Shown here piece by piece: positions 9,813-18,137 of a stretch of 64,000 bases of DNA. The stretch is taken from assembly GCA_039000685.1 (NCBI GenBank), contig JAWBNW010000001.1, forward strand, positions 14,655 to 78,654. The letters run 5' to 3'. The notes beneath the pieces are model-generated. The model was not told where the DNA came from. It did not search any database and was given only the letters and a program-made list of their open reading frames with translations. This DNA is from Candidatus Aenigmatarchaeota archaeon. GTDB lineage: Archaea; Aenigmatarchaeota; Aenigmatarchaeia; CG10238-14; SCSR01. A program made the translations under genes and the position numbers. The stretch's first letter is position 1, and the number at the start of each line of letters is the position of its first letter.

Positions 9813-11311
9813 CTTTTTATCACTTTATCCACATTTTCTCTGTTTTCAACAGCTTTGACCAATTTCTCAGGTGAAGAATAATAAATTGCTATGAGCCTTC
9901 CAAGCTTGTTCAAATCTTTAACTTGATTTTCAACAAACCACTTCAATATCCCCACTTTTTCATCCATATTTTCTTTGATCTCCTGTTCAGTCATACCTGT
10001 GTGCATACCAATCTCTTCCACAATTCTCAAGCTATCATTCTCCCTCTCAATTTCATCTTTCACAGGCTTCCATCTGTACAAAGTGTTTAACTGTGGGCCT
10101 TGTTTCTCACTTCCTGGCAAAATTTCGCTCAGTTGGAACATCCTCCTTATCCCAAGCCTTCTATCCCTGAAAGCAACTGCAAGGAGATGTAAAGCTTCTA
10201 TCACACTTTCAGGCACGTTGATTGGCGGATTTATTAATCTTTTCAAGGCTTGTTCTGCTGTATCAGCATGCAAGGTAGCATAAACTGAATGGCCAGTGTG
10301 CATGGCTTCAAAAAGGACTTCTGCCTCTCTTGCTCTTCTTATCTCACCAACTATTATCCTGTCAGGTCTCATCCTCAAGCTGTTAACGAGCAAGCTGAGC
10401 ATGCTAACTTCTCCCAAACCTTCAGGATTTGGTTCCCTTGTTGTCAAAGGCACCCAATGCAGAAAATCAGCCAACTGTAATTCACGCGTGTCTTCAATAG
10501 AAACTACTCTTTGGTTTGGTGGAATGAAGCTCATGAAGACATTCAGCAAAGAAGTTTTTCCGCTTGCTGTACCACCAGCGACAATCATGTTCATCTCGTA
10601 CTGAATAGCAAGCCAAATTAAAGCAGCTACTTCATAATTCAAAGTTTTGTTTTCTATGAAATCTACTATCGTCCAAGGCGACCTTCTGAATTTTCTTATT
10701 GTTATTGTATTTCCATGAGTTGAAATGGGGAACAAAGTTGCATTAACTCTGTCTCCAGTCGGCAAGTGAGCATCCATGAGTGGGTTGAGAAGCGTGATTT
10801 GTCTGCCAACTTTTCTCCCTATATTATTGGCATAGTTCAATATCTCGCTTTCTTGCTCGATTTGTACATTGGTCTTGAGCCAACCATGCTTCTTGTGATA
10901 AACCCAAACCGGTTCTTTAGAGCTGTTGATGACGACTTCTTCCAGGTTTGGGTCTGCAAGCAAGAACTCAATCTTTCCCAATCCAAACATCTCTTGCATC
11001 AAAATCCCGATCAAATACTTTTGAGTACTCTCATTCACGAAAGGCATCTCTTTCTTGAAAATTTCCATCCCCTTTTCAAAGAATTTTCTCTTCAAATTTT
11101 CTATTGAAGTTACATCCATGAGTTCAGTTGGCTTGATTGGAATTTCGGTCAAGAGCATTGTCCTGATTTTTTCCAGAAGGACAGAAGTACCTGCAGCTAT
11201 TTCTGGAAGTTTGAGCTCATAGATGAGAACAAAATCAGAAGTTTTTTTTATTGAGACGGAAGCTTCTATGCCTTCAGAACTAACTTTATAGCTTTCAGAC
11301 TTTTCATTCAT
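9800..11311 (-). CDS. Type IV pilus assembly ATPase (CpaF/VirB11 family)
   Basis: GGTASGKT, SIEDTREL, LRMRPDRIIVGEIR, TGH..ATLHA. Confidence 0.92.
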   Translation of the reverse strand: MNEKSESYKVSSEGIEASVSIKKTSDFVLIYELKLPEIAAGTSVLLEKIRTMLLTEIPIKPTELMDVTSIENLKRKFFEKGMEIFKKEMPFVNESTQKYLIGILMQEMFGLGKIEFLLADPNLEEVVINSSKEPVWVYHKKHGWLKTNVQIEQESEILNYANNIGRKVGRQITLLNPLMDAHLPTGDRVNATLFPISTHGNTITIRKFRRSPWTIVDFIENKTLNYEVAALIWLAIQYEMNMIVAGGTASGKTSLLNVFMSFIPPNQRVVSIEDTRELQLADFLHWVPLTTREPNPEGLGEVSMLSLLVNSLRMRPDRIIVGEIRRAREAEVLFEAMHTGHSVYATLHADTAEQALKRLINPPINVPESVIEALHLLAVAFRDRRLGIRRMFQLSEILPGSEKQGPQLNTLYRWKPVKDEIERENDSLRIVEEIGMHTGMTEQEIKENMDEKVGILKWFVENQVKDLNKLGRLIAIYYSSPEKLVKAVENRENVDKVIKSWFG

Positions 11312-11339
11312 AAAATAAATTTTCTCTTTCGTATAAATA

Positions 11340-12092
11340 TCATTCTTGTTTTTTCATTTTCACAACAGGGCTTCCGATAGCAGGATAATTTATTTCAACT
11401 ATGCCATGCTCTTCAAGAATTTTTGCCCAATTTTCAACCAAATTCTCTGGAGTGTTCAAAAGTTTGGAAAGTTTTTGGAGTTCAACCGGACCTTCTTCCA
11501 AGATTTTCAACATTTCATCAATTTTTGTTGAGACAGTTTCCTTTATCTCTTGCTTTGGAGCCCATTTCAGCAAATCGGTTCTTGTTATTATTCCAACAAG
11601 CCTACCTTTTTTATCAAGGACAAGAAGCCTTTTGATGTTGTATTTTTCCATTTTCTTTTTTGCTTCTTCCACACTTTTATCTTCACCGATGCAAATCGGT
11701 TTTTTCATGATGTCAGCAACTATCGTGTTTTTGAGAACCTCTTTATCCTTTTCTTCTATTTCTTCCAAATTATTCTTCTTAACAATCTTCAAGATGTCAG
11801 TCTTGCTTATCTCACCTATGAAAAATCCTTTATCGAGAACAGGAGCACCAGAAATTTTTTTATTTTGGAAAATTTCGGCGACTTTATTCAAGCCCATATG
11901 GGGGTCGACAGAGATTATGTTTTTCGTCATCAACTCTGAAACCAAAATCTTTTTCTTCTCAGGCTTCACCTTTCTTTTAATTTTCACCATTCTTTTAATC
12001 TTTTTTGTTCTCTTTTTCACCTTCTTCTCAACTTTTATTTTTTTGGTCTTTATTTTTCTCTTGAAAAAACTGAAGAGCCAGTCTAGCACCAT
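11340..12092 (-). CDS. CBS-pair protein with basic N-terminus and C-terminal winged-helix-like domain
   Basis: VSELMTK, ISGAPVL, VADIMKK and LVGIITRTDLL CBS motifs; LSKLLNTPENLVENWAKILEEHGIV resembles a wHTH. Confidence 0.75.
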   Translation of the reverse strand: MVLDWLFSFFKRKIKTKKIKVEKKVKKRTKKIKRMVKIKRKVKPEKKKILVSELMTKNIISVDPHMGLNKVAEIFQNKKISGAPVLDKGFFIGEISKTDILKIVKKNNLEEIEEKDKEVLKNTIVADIMKKPICIGEDKSVEEAKKKMEKYNIKRLLVLDKKGRLVGIITRTDLLKWAPKQEIKETVSTKIDEMLKILEEGPVELQKLSKLLNTPENLVENWAKILEEHGIVEINYPAIGSPVVKMKKQE

Positions 12093-12126
12093 AATTATTA
12101 TCTGAAAAATCAAACATAAATTTTCA

Positions 12127-13653
12127 TCATTTGAAAGCTTCCAGATCTTCAGATTTTCTCTTCTCCTTTTCCATAAAAATGGCGATCTCTTCTTCCAGTT
12201 TTTTACCCTTTTCTGATTTCTTGCTTCTTCTTTCTCTAACTTTCACAAGCAGAGGATAGTTCACAGCCTCACCAACGATCAAAGCCTCACCGACTTTCAA
12301 TCCCGGCAACATATCCAAAACATCTTTTGTCACACCTTCCGAGCTTTCTCCTATGTGCTTGATGTCGTAAGGATTGTTTATCCTCATGATTATATGAGTG
12401 TTGCACTGGCTTAGGGCTGTCGTTGCAAGCCTTATCGGTCTTTGGGTTATCAAGACCAAGCAAGCTCCAAATTTTCTTCCCTCTCTTGCTATCTGTTCTA
12501 TGACATTCCTTGAAATTGCAGAAGCAGCTTCTTCTCCCTCTGGACAGAATTGATGGCTTTCTTCAACAAAAAGAATGAAAGGCGGAATTCTTCCTTGCCT
12601 CCTCAAATCAAAAAGCTTTCTTGCAAAATAAGTCAATATGATTTGTCTTTCTTTCAGATGAACAAAATCAGAGAGATCGAAAACTGTAAGCTGGCCAAGT
12701 TTTGCAACTTCTTCTAAAGAAGGAGAATCTATCTTACTGAACAATCCGGTTGAAGCCAGGTCAGAAAGCCAAGAGCCCAAAGCAGCTTTTGTTTTCGGGT
12801 TTATTTCACTTTCCCCCACAGCTTCAATCAACTCATCAAGATCATAAACCTTCTTCTCTTCTTGTAATTTTTTGATTATTGGTGAAAGCTCCCTTCTCTG
12901 AACAGAGGACATTTGTGGTATAAGTTCGTTCATCACGCTTGCTGAGATCTTGCTTGTGGCTATAAAGATTTTATCTTTTCCATAAACTTTTGTTTTGGTT
13001 ATATATTTTTCATCTTCCGAAAAGCCAACGTATTCGCCATGTGGATCAAAAACTATTATCGCAGGTCTTGCCTTGTCTTTTCTGTCAAGAATTTCTTCTA
13101 TTAAAACAGAAGCCAAATAGCTTTTGCCAGCACCACTTATTGCGAGAATTGCCAAATGTTTTTGGAAGAGCTTCGTCAAATTCAATTTCACATCAAGTTC
13201 ATGTGCTTCCATTCTTCCAATAGTCAAACCATTTTCGTCTAGTCCCAAAAACTCGGAAAGCAATTTTTCATCAGCCCTGTAAACCTTTTCTCCAGGTGAA
13301 GGAGGGAAAGAGACCCTAAGCTGCTTACCATTTTCAAGAATCCCCAAAGGTACAGCCGAAGCCACAAGAAATTCCCATCTGTCTGCTGGAAAAATTTCTT
13401 TCAACTCCCTCCCACTTCTCTCGTATTCTCTCACAGATTCAGCTCTCATGAAGTATCTGTTCATCCTGAAAATTTCAGCAACCCTTGCTATCAGTAAGCC
13501 TTGTTCTGTCTTTAGCTGGACATACTCATTCTTCTTCACAGGAATTTTTTCTTCACCTTCATTTATTACAAAAGAAAATTCACTGCTGCTTGGATCTTGC
13601 ATGGTTGAGATCACAGTTCCAATTTCTTTCATAGATTTTAAATTGATTGCCAA
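12127..13653 (-). CDS. herA: HerA helicase/translocase
   Basis: N-terminal HAS barrel, KHLAILAISGAGKS, FDPHGEY, VEESH, IAREGRKFG, TQRP. Confidence 0.85.
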   Translation of the reverse strand: MAINLKSMKEIGTVISTMQDPSSSEFSFVINEGEEKIPVKKNEYVQLKTEQGLLIARVAEIFRMNRYFMRAESVREYERSGRELKEIFPADRWEFLVASAVPLGILENGKQLRVSFPPSPGEKVYRADEKLLSEFLGLDENGLTIGRMEAHELDVKLNLTKLFQKHLAILAISGAGKSYLASVLIEEILDRKDKARPAIIVFDPHGEYVGFSEDEKYITKTKVYGKDKIFIATSKISASVMNELIPQMSSVQRRELSPIIKKLQEEKKVYDLDELIEAVGESEINPKTKAALGSWLSDLASTGLFSKIDSPSLEEVAKLGQLTVFDLSDFVHLKERQIILTYFARKLFDLRRQGRIPPFILFVEESHQFCPEGEEAASAISRNVIEQIAREGRKFGACLVLITQRPIRLATTALSQCNTHIIMRINNPYDIKHIGESSEGVTKDVLDMLPGLKVGEALIVGEAVNYPLLVKVRERRSKKSEKGKKLEEEIAIFMEKEKRKSEDLEAFK

Positions 13654-13843
13654 GAATATAAAAACTTAGAACTCACAAAGTGAATAATCATTTTTTAATT
13701 CTAAGGGCGGCAATTTTCCACACTCTTCTTTTAGGTTTTTTCCAAAATTAGACCATGTTTTCTACAAGTTTCAAAACATTAAACCCATTGCTCCGTTCAA
13801 TTTAAAAACCAGTATATTTTTTTCTTCTCCCATAGATAAAAAT

Positions 13844-14596
13844 ATGGCAATAAAGTTTATAACCAATCAACCAGCAGCTTTCATACAAGAAGAAAAGGCT
13901 TTGGTTATTGCAGAGCTTCATTTGGGCTTGGAGCACGATCTCTTCAAGAAAGGAATTACAATTCCACCACAAAGAGAGAAATTCCAAGAAAGATTGAATG
14001 AACTCTCCAAGATCACAAGAGCAAAAACTCTCATAATCTTGGGTGACATAAAACACAAAGTCCCTGGGATGAGCATAAGAGAGGAGAGAGAGCTCCCCAA
14101 ATTTTTGGATTGGTTGAAAGAAAATTTCAAAGTCATCCTTGTCAAAGGAAATCATGACGATGGAATTGAAGAGATAGTGCCAAAAGGAATTAAAGTTTAT
14201 GGGAGCAGGGGATTCAAGCTTGGAAAATGTGGCTTCTTTCACGGTCATGCTTGGCCTTCCAAAAGGCTCTTAGAATGTGACCATCTTTTCTTGGCCCATT
14301 TACATCCAGCCATAGAGTTCAAAGATAAGTTTGGTTTTAGAAACATAGAACAAGTTTGGGTCAAGGGAAAAATTGATCTCAAGAAAGCAAGAGAAAAATA
14401 CAAAGTGAAAAAAACAGGCAAGATGAATGTCATAATCATGCCAACTTTCAATCAACTACTCGGAAGCATAAGCATTCGCAAGCTATTGAAAAGTGAAGAA
14501 CCAGGAATAATAGGTAAGCTAATCGATACAGAAAATTCTAAAATTTATCTTTTGGATGGAAGTTTTCTTGGTTATTTGAAAGACTTAAAGGCTTAG
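13844..14596 (+). CDS. Metallophosphoesterase (calcineurin-like)
   Basis: AELHLG, LGDIKH, GNHD, FHGH, HLHP. Confidence 0.85.
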   Translation: MAIKFITNQPAAFIQEEKALVIAELHLGLEHDLFKKGITIPPQREKFQERLNELSKITRAKTLIILGDIKHKVPGMSIREERELPKFLDWLKENFKVILVKGNHDDGIEEIVPKGIKVYGSRGFKLGKCGFFHGHAWPSKRLLECDHLFLAHLHPAIEFKDKFGFRNIEQVWVKGKIDLKKAREKYKVKKTGKMNVIIMPTFNQLLGSISIRKLLKSEEPGIIGKLIDTENSKIYLLDGSFLGYLKDLKA

Positions 14597-15489
14597 CCCT
14601 TTCTTCTGATTTCAGCTTCTACTCTCTCCCTTATCCTTGCTTGTATCGCTTCTGTGATGTTGTCTAACTCTTCACCGAATCTTTCTCTCCACTCCGTCCT
14701 GTTTCTAATCTGCCACTTTGCACCACAAATACAAAAACCACTTAGGCAAATTGGTGTGTCATTTCCCAAGACCATCGGACAAATCAAGCCCCTGCACTCA
14801 GCGTCGTCACTGCAATTCATCCTCGTCCTGTTCCATGTCGGTAAACACATGCAAATTCCTGTTGTCCTGTTTGGTGGGATGAAACACCTCAACTCTCTAT
14901 CCAGCCTCAAAGGACACCAAACATTTAAGCCTGTGCAGTCTTCATCGCTAGTACAGCTTCTTCTACTCAAAGTTTCATTTGTTCTGTTCAAAAGCTCTTC
15001 TACCCTTTCCAAGCACTTCTCATGTCCTCTGATAGAAGCGTTTATCGCCCTTTCCAAGCCAAGCCTTGCTGCTTCCGGCGCTTTGCTTAAGACTCTTTCA
15101 AGAACTGCTATGTGCTTGTAGGTTACATTGCAAACATGCTCAAGTAAGACAGTCGCATTTCTTCCAAGACCAAATGTTCTGTTTGTTTCATCGTCAACCT
15201 CTCCCAACTCTCTTTCATATTCATATCTCAATCTCTCGGCATACTGCCACTTACCTTGTGCTAGAGTGGCATTGAGCTCTGCCAGCCTCTGCTCAGCAAG
15301 GAATGCATGAAATCTTGCTCTTGCTTCTGGGTCAAAAGTCAGCCAAAGTCTTACTCTTTCAAAAAAAGTTTTGACTGGATAGAAAGGATGGTCTGGAAGA
15401 ATTCCGGGGTTTGGCAATTCTTCTGCTGTGACCGTGTTGATTAACAAAAGAGTCGAAATTGCTATTGTAATTAAAATCTTGTTTTCCAA
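14593..15489 (-). CDS. Secreted DUF5667-like protein with two Cys-rich repeats
   Basis: Signal peptide, PGILPDHPFYPVK...ERVRL, CTSDEDC and CSDDAEC repeats. Confidence 0.65.
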   Translation of the reverse strand: MENKILITIAISTLLLINTVTAEELPNPGILPDHPFYPVKTFFERVRLWLTFDPEARARFHAFLAEQRLAELNATLAQGKWQYAERLRYEYERELGEVDDETNRTFGLGRNATVLLEHVCNVTYKHIAVLERVLSKAPEAARLGLERAINASIRGHEKCLERVEELLNRTNETLSRRSCTSDEDCTGLNVWCPLRLDRELRCFIPPNRTTGICMCLPTWNRTRMNCSDDAECRGLICPMVLGNDTPICLSGFCICGAKWQIRNRTEWRERFGEELDNITEAIQARIRERVEAEIRRKG

Positions 15490-15526
15490 ATTTTCTCACC
15501 TTGGAATAATATTTATTTTCTTCAAT

Positions 15527-17277
15527 TTAAAAGTTTATCAATTCTCTTTCATCCTCATTCAATTTTTCCCACACTTCTTTCAAAATCTTCATATCTTCTT
15601 CACTTATCACCGAAATCAGAACATCGCCTTCATCTATATGTCTTCCAATTGTTGGCTCTTCCATGCTAACGGCAACTTTATCACCTTTCTTAGCTTCTTG
15701 TATGGTTTGGCCTTCCTTCTGAATCTCTTTTATCTTACCGACAATCTTGCCATCCTTCCTCTTCATTAAAGTCCCAGGTTTCAAAAAGCCTCTTTTGACC
15801 TCAATGCCAAAAATAGCAGGGTTGCAACTTCTGAAAACACATCCCTTCAGTATTAAAATCTCACACGGCCTTGTAACCTTGGCAAGCTTTTCTTCAATTT
15901 CTCTCTCCTTAGCCTTGAAGACCCATTCTTTGTAATCTTCAATAATCCTATAGATTATATTGTTCTGGAAAATCTCTATTTTTAAGTCTCTGGCTAAATT
16001 CTTTGCTTCTTCCAGAGCCTCAACATTGAAAGCCAATATAACTTTTCTCAGTTTATCATCCACACTCTCAGCTTCTATAACATCTTGTTTGGTGATGTGA
16101 CCAACCTCGGCTTTTCTTATCGGAATTCCCTCTTCGCTCAAAAGCTTTATCATGGCTTCCAAGCTACCCAGAGTGTCAGCTTTTATCACCACACCATCTA
16201 TCTGCTTTACAAACTGAACTTCCCCAACTTCAGTTTGCACACTTATTTTCGCCCCTTCTATTCCTTTTTCATCTTTCACCACAACTATCGGCGAGCCGGC
16301 TATCACATTTTCTAAGTTGGGAGCGGCAATTTTAATTCCAGCAGCAGCACCAACCTCTTCCACGCTTTCGAACTGCTTCTCGACTCTAAGCTCTTGCAAA
16401 GGTCTGGGTCTGAGCAAAGCCCTTATTTTTGTGATCACAGGCTCTTTCCCACCAATTACAAGGTAGTCCCCCCTTGCAATTTTTCCATCGTAAAGTATCA
16501 CATCAACAGTAGTTCCAAAACCTACCGTTTCCTTAACTTCCAGAACAGTACCCTTAGCAACTTCAGATAGCTCAAGTCTATCCTTTAAGAACTGTTGTGA
16601 AAGACCTGTTAAAACGACCAAAAGCTCTGGTATTCCCTCTCCAGTCACACCTGAGCAAGGAACTATTGCAACTTGTTTTCTGAAATCTTCAATTCTGTCA
16701 AACCTTTCAGAATTGAAACCCCTTTCAGCCAATTGTGAAACAAGCTTGTAAACATTTTTCTCAACCTCATCTTTCACATCTTCTGCTTGCATTTTAAAAC
16801 TTTCCAAAAAACAAGAATTTGGATAAGGATACCAGCCAGGAATTTTATCAATTTTCGTGGCAGCAACAACAAAAGGAGTTTTGAATTCTTTCAATATAGC
16901 TAGGCTTTCATCTGTTTGTTCTTGAAACCCTTCTATTATGTCAACAACTAGAATAGCAAGATCAGAAACAGCCCCTCCCCTTCTTCTCAAGGTTATAAAA
17001 GCAGCATGGCCTGGGGTATCAAGCAAGAGCAAGCCAGGAATCCGAACTTCTATCTTTAGATTTTGAATTAAAGCCCCACATATTTTCTTGATTGTTTCTA
17101 TTGGTATGTAGCTGGCACCAACGTGCTGGCTTATCATCCCTGGTTCAAGTTTAGTGACAGCAGTACCTCTGATTTTATCTAGCAAAGTGGTCTTGCCATG
17201 GTCTATGTTTTTGGTTGATCCTACAATATACAGGATCAAAGTCCAACAGTAACTATTATTGGTGATCTAATTGTCAT
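15527..17277 (-). CDS. infB: Translation initiation factor aIF5B/IF2, 572 aa after splicing (exon1 17241-17277, intron 17209-17240, exon2 15527-17208)
   Basis: The spliced N-terminus is MTIRSPIIVTVGHIDHGKTTLLD; DTPGH and TKID motifs follow; AGGTG SD precedes ATG 17277. Confidence 0.93.
17209..17240 (-). other. 32-nt bulge-helix-bulge intron in infB mRNA
   Basis: UUGG/CCAA central helix, AC^U and AA^A bulges, 11-bp intron stem; excision restores His codon CAC and the frame. Confidence 0.88.
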
Positions 17278-17529
17278 TTGTCACACCTTTTAACACCTCT
17301 AGTTCTTTTTTCAGTTAATTCATAAATAAATCTATTAGATTTATTCACTAAATAGCCTCTTACATAATTTTCCTTTTTAAGTTTTGAAAGATAAAACGCT
17401 GCTTGAGATTTATTGCCTTTAGAAATTATACTTTAGCTTGAAATTGCATTAATTGTATCACGGTAAAACTTAAAAGAAAAAACAATTTATCTTAATCAAT
17501 TTTTAAATACATTTAAATAATAGATAACT

Positions 17530-17961
17530 ATGGCTTTAACCATTAACGATTTGATGCCGATAAGCTTGTGTATAGCAACTCAAGAACTTTTAGATGCTAA
17601 GCGCTTCAGGAACAATTTTTGTGATTTTGTCCTCTTCAAGTACAAAGACTTAAAGTTTACTGGAAAAATAATTGAAACTAAAAGACAACTCAACTCTTCC
17701 TCCCTAGAGAAGAATTTCTTTGAAGGACACAAAACAGCAATTCTCAGCAACATCGACAAGATAATCTCGCTCGTGATTTCAAGATACGCAAGCTTGGATG
17801 CAAGAGCTGTTGAAAGAATTGTGGAAAGTGCTAAAGAGATAATGGGCAAAATTCTTGCCGCAGAAAATTTTGATCAGCTTGCTTCTCTAGAACCAGATTT
17901 CAGGAGCAAGGTAACACTAAAAGTATACGAGCTTTTCACGATTTCTTCAAGGCCAAGGTAA
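17530..17961 (+). CDS. Hypothetical protein
   Basis: 143-aa ORF with host-like codon use and TATA-like upstream sequence. Confidence 0.6.
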   Translation: MALTINDLMPISLCIATQELLDAKRFRNNFCDFVLFKYKDLKFTGKIIETKRQLNSSSLEKNFFEGHKTAILSNIDKIISLVISRYASLDARAVERIVESAKEIMGKILAAENFDQLASLEPDFRSKVTLKVYELFTISSRPR

Positions 17962-17965
17962 TAAA

Positions 17966-18136
17966 ATGATCGGAGATTTCGATGGAGAAATAGAGAGACT
18001 AAAGGCTAAGAGAGCAGAAATAAGTAGCAAGATAGCTTCAACTAGAAATTTTGAAACAAAAGAAAAATTGAAAGAAGAGCTTGCAAGAATTGAATCACAA
18101 ATAAAGATATTGGAAAACATGAAGAGAAAATTGTAA
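17966..18136 (+). CDS. Small coiled-coil protein (56 aa, absent from the ORF track)
   Basis: ATG 4 nt after the upstream stop; MIGDFDGEIERLKAKRAEISSKIA... heptad pattern. Confidence 0.55.
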   Translation: MIGDFDGEIERLKAKRAEISSKIASTRNFETKEKLKEELARIESQIKILENMKRKL

Positions 18137-18137
18137 A

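Noticed and set aside
11401..12105. Long antisense ORFs (e.g. 234 aa here; also 24590-25141, 46974-47507, 51279-51860)
   Set aside because: They are shadows of Lys/Glu-rich genes on the opposite strand and have no recognisable motifs.
12127..14596. HerA plus phosphoesterase as an antiviral defence module
   Set aside because: The HerA looks like the housekeeping repair type with host-like codon use and rad50 nearby; the phosphoesterase is a common archaeal family and is divergently transcribed.
17209..17239. ORF-track start MILYIVGSTKNIDHGK for IF2 (TTG 17239)
   Set aside because: It starts inside the intron, has no SD, and loses the conserved RSPII..GH segment; the real ATG is at 17277.
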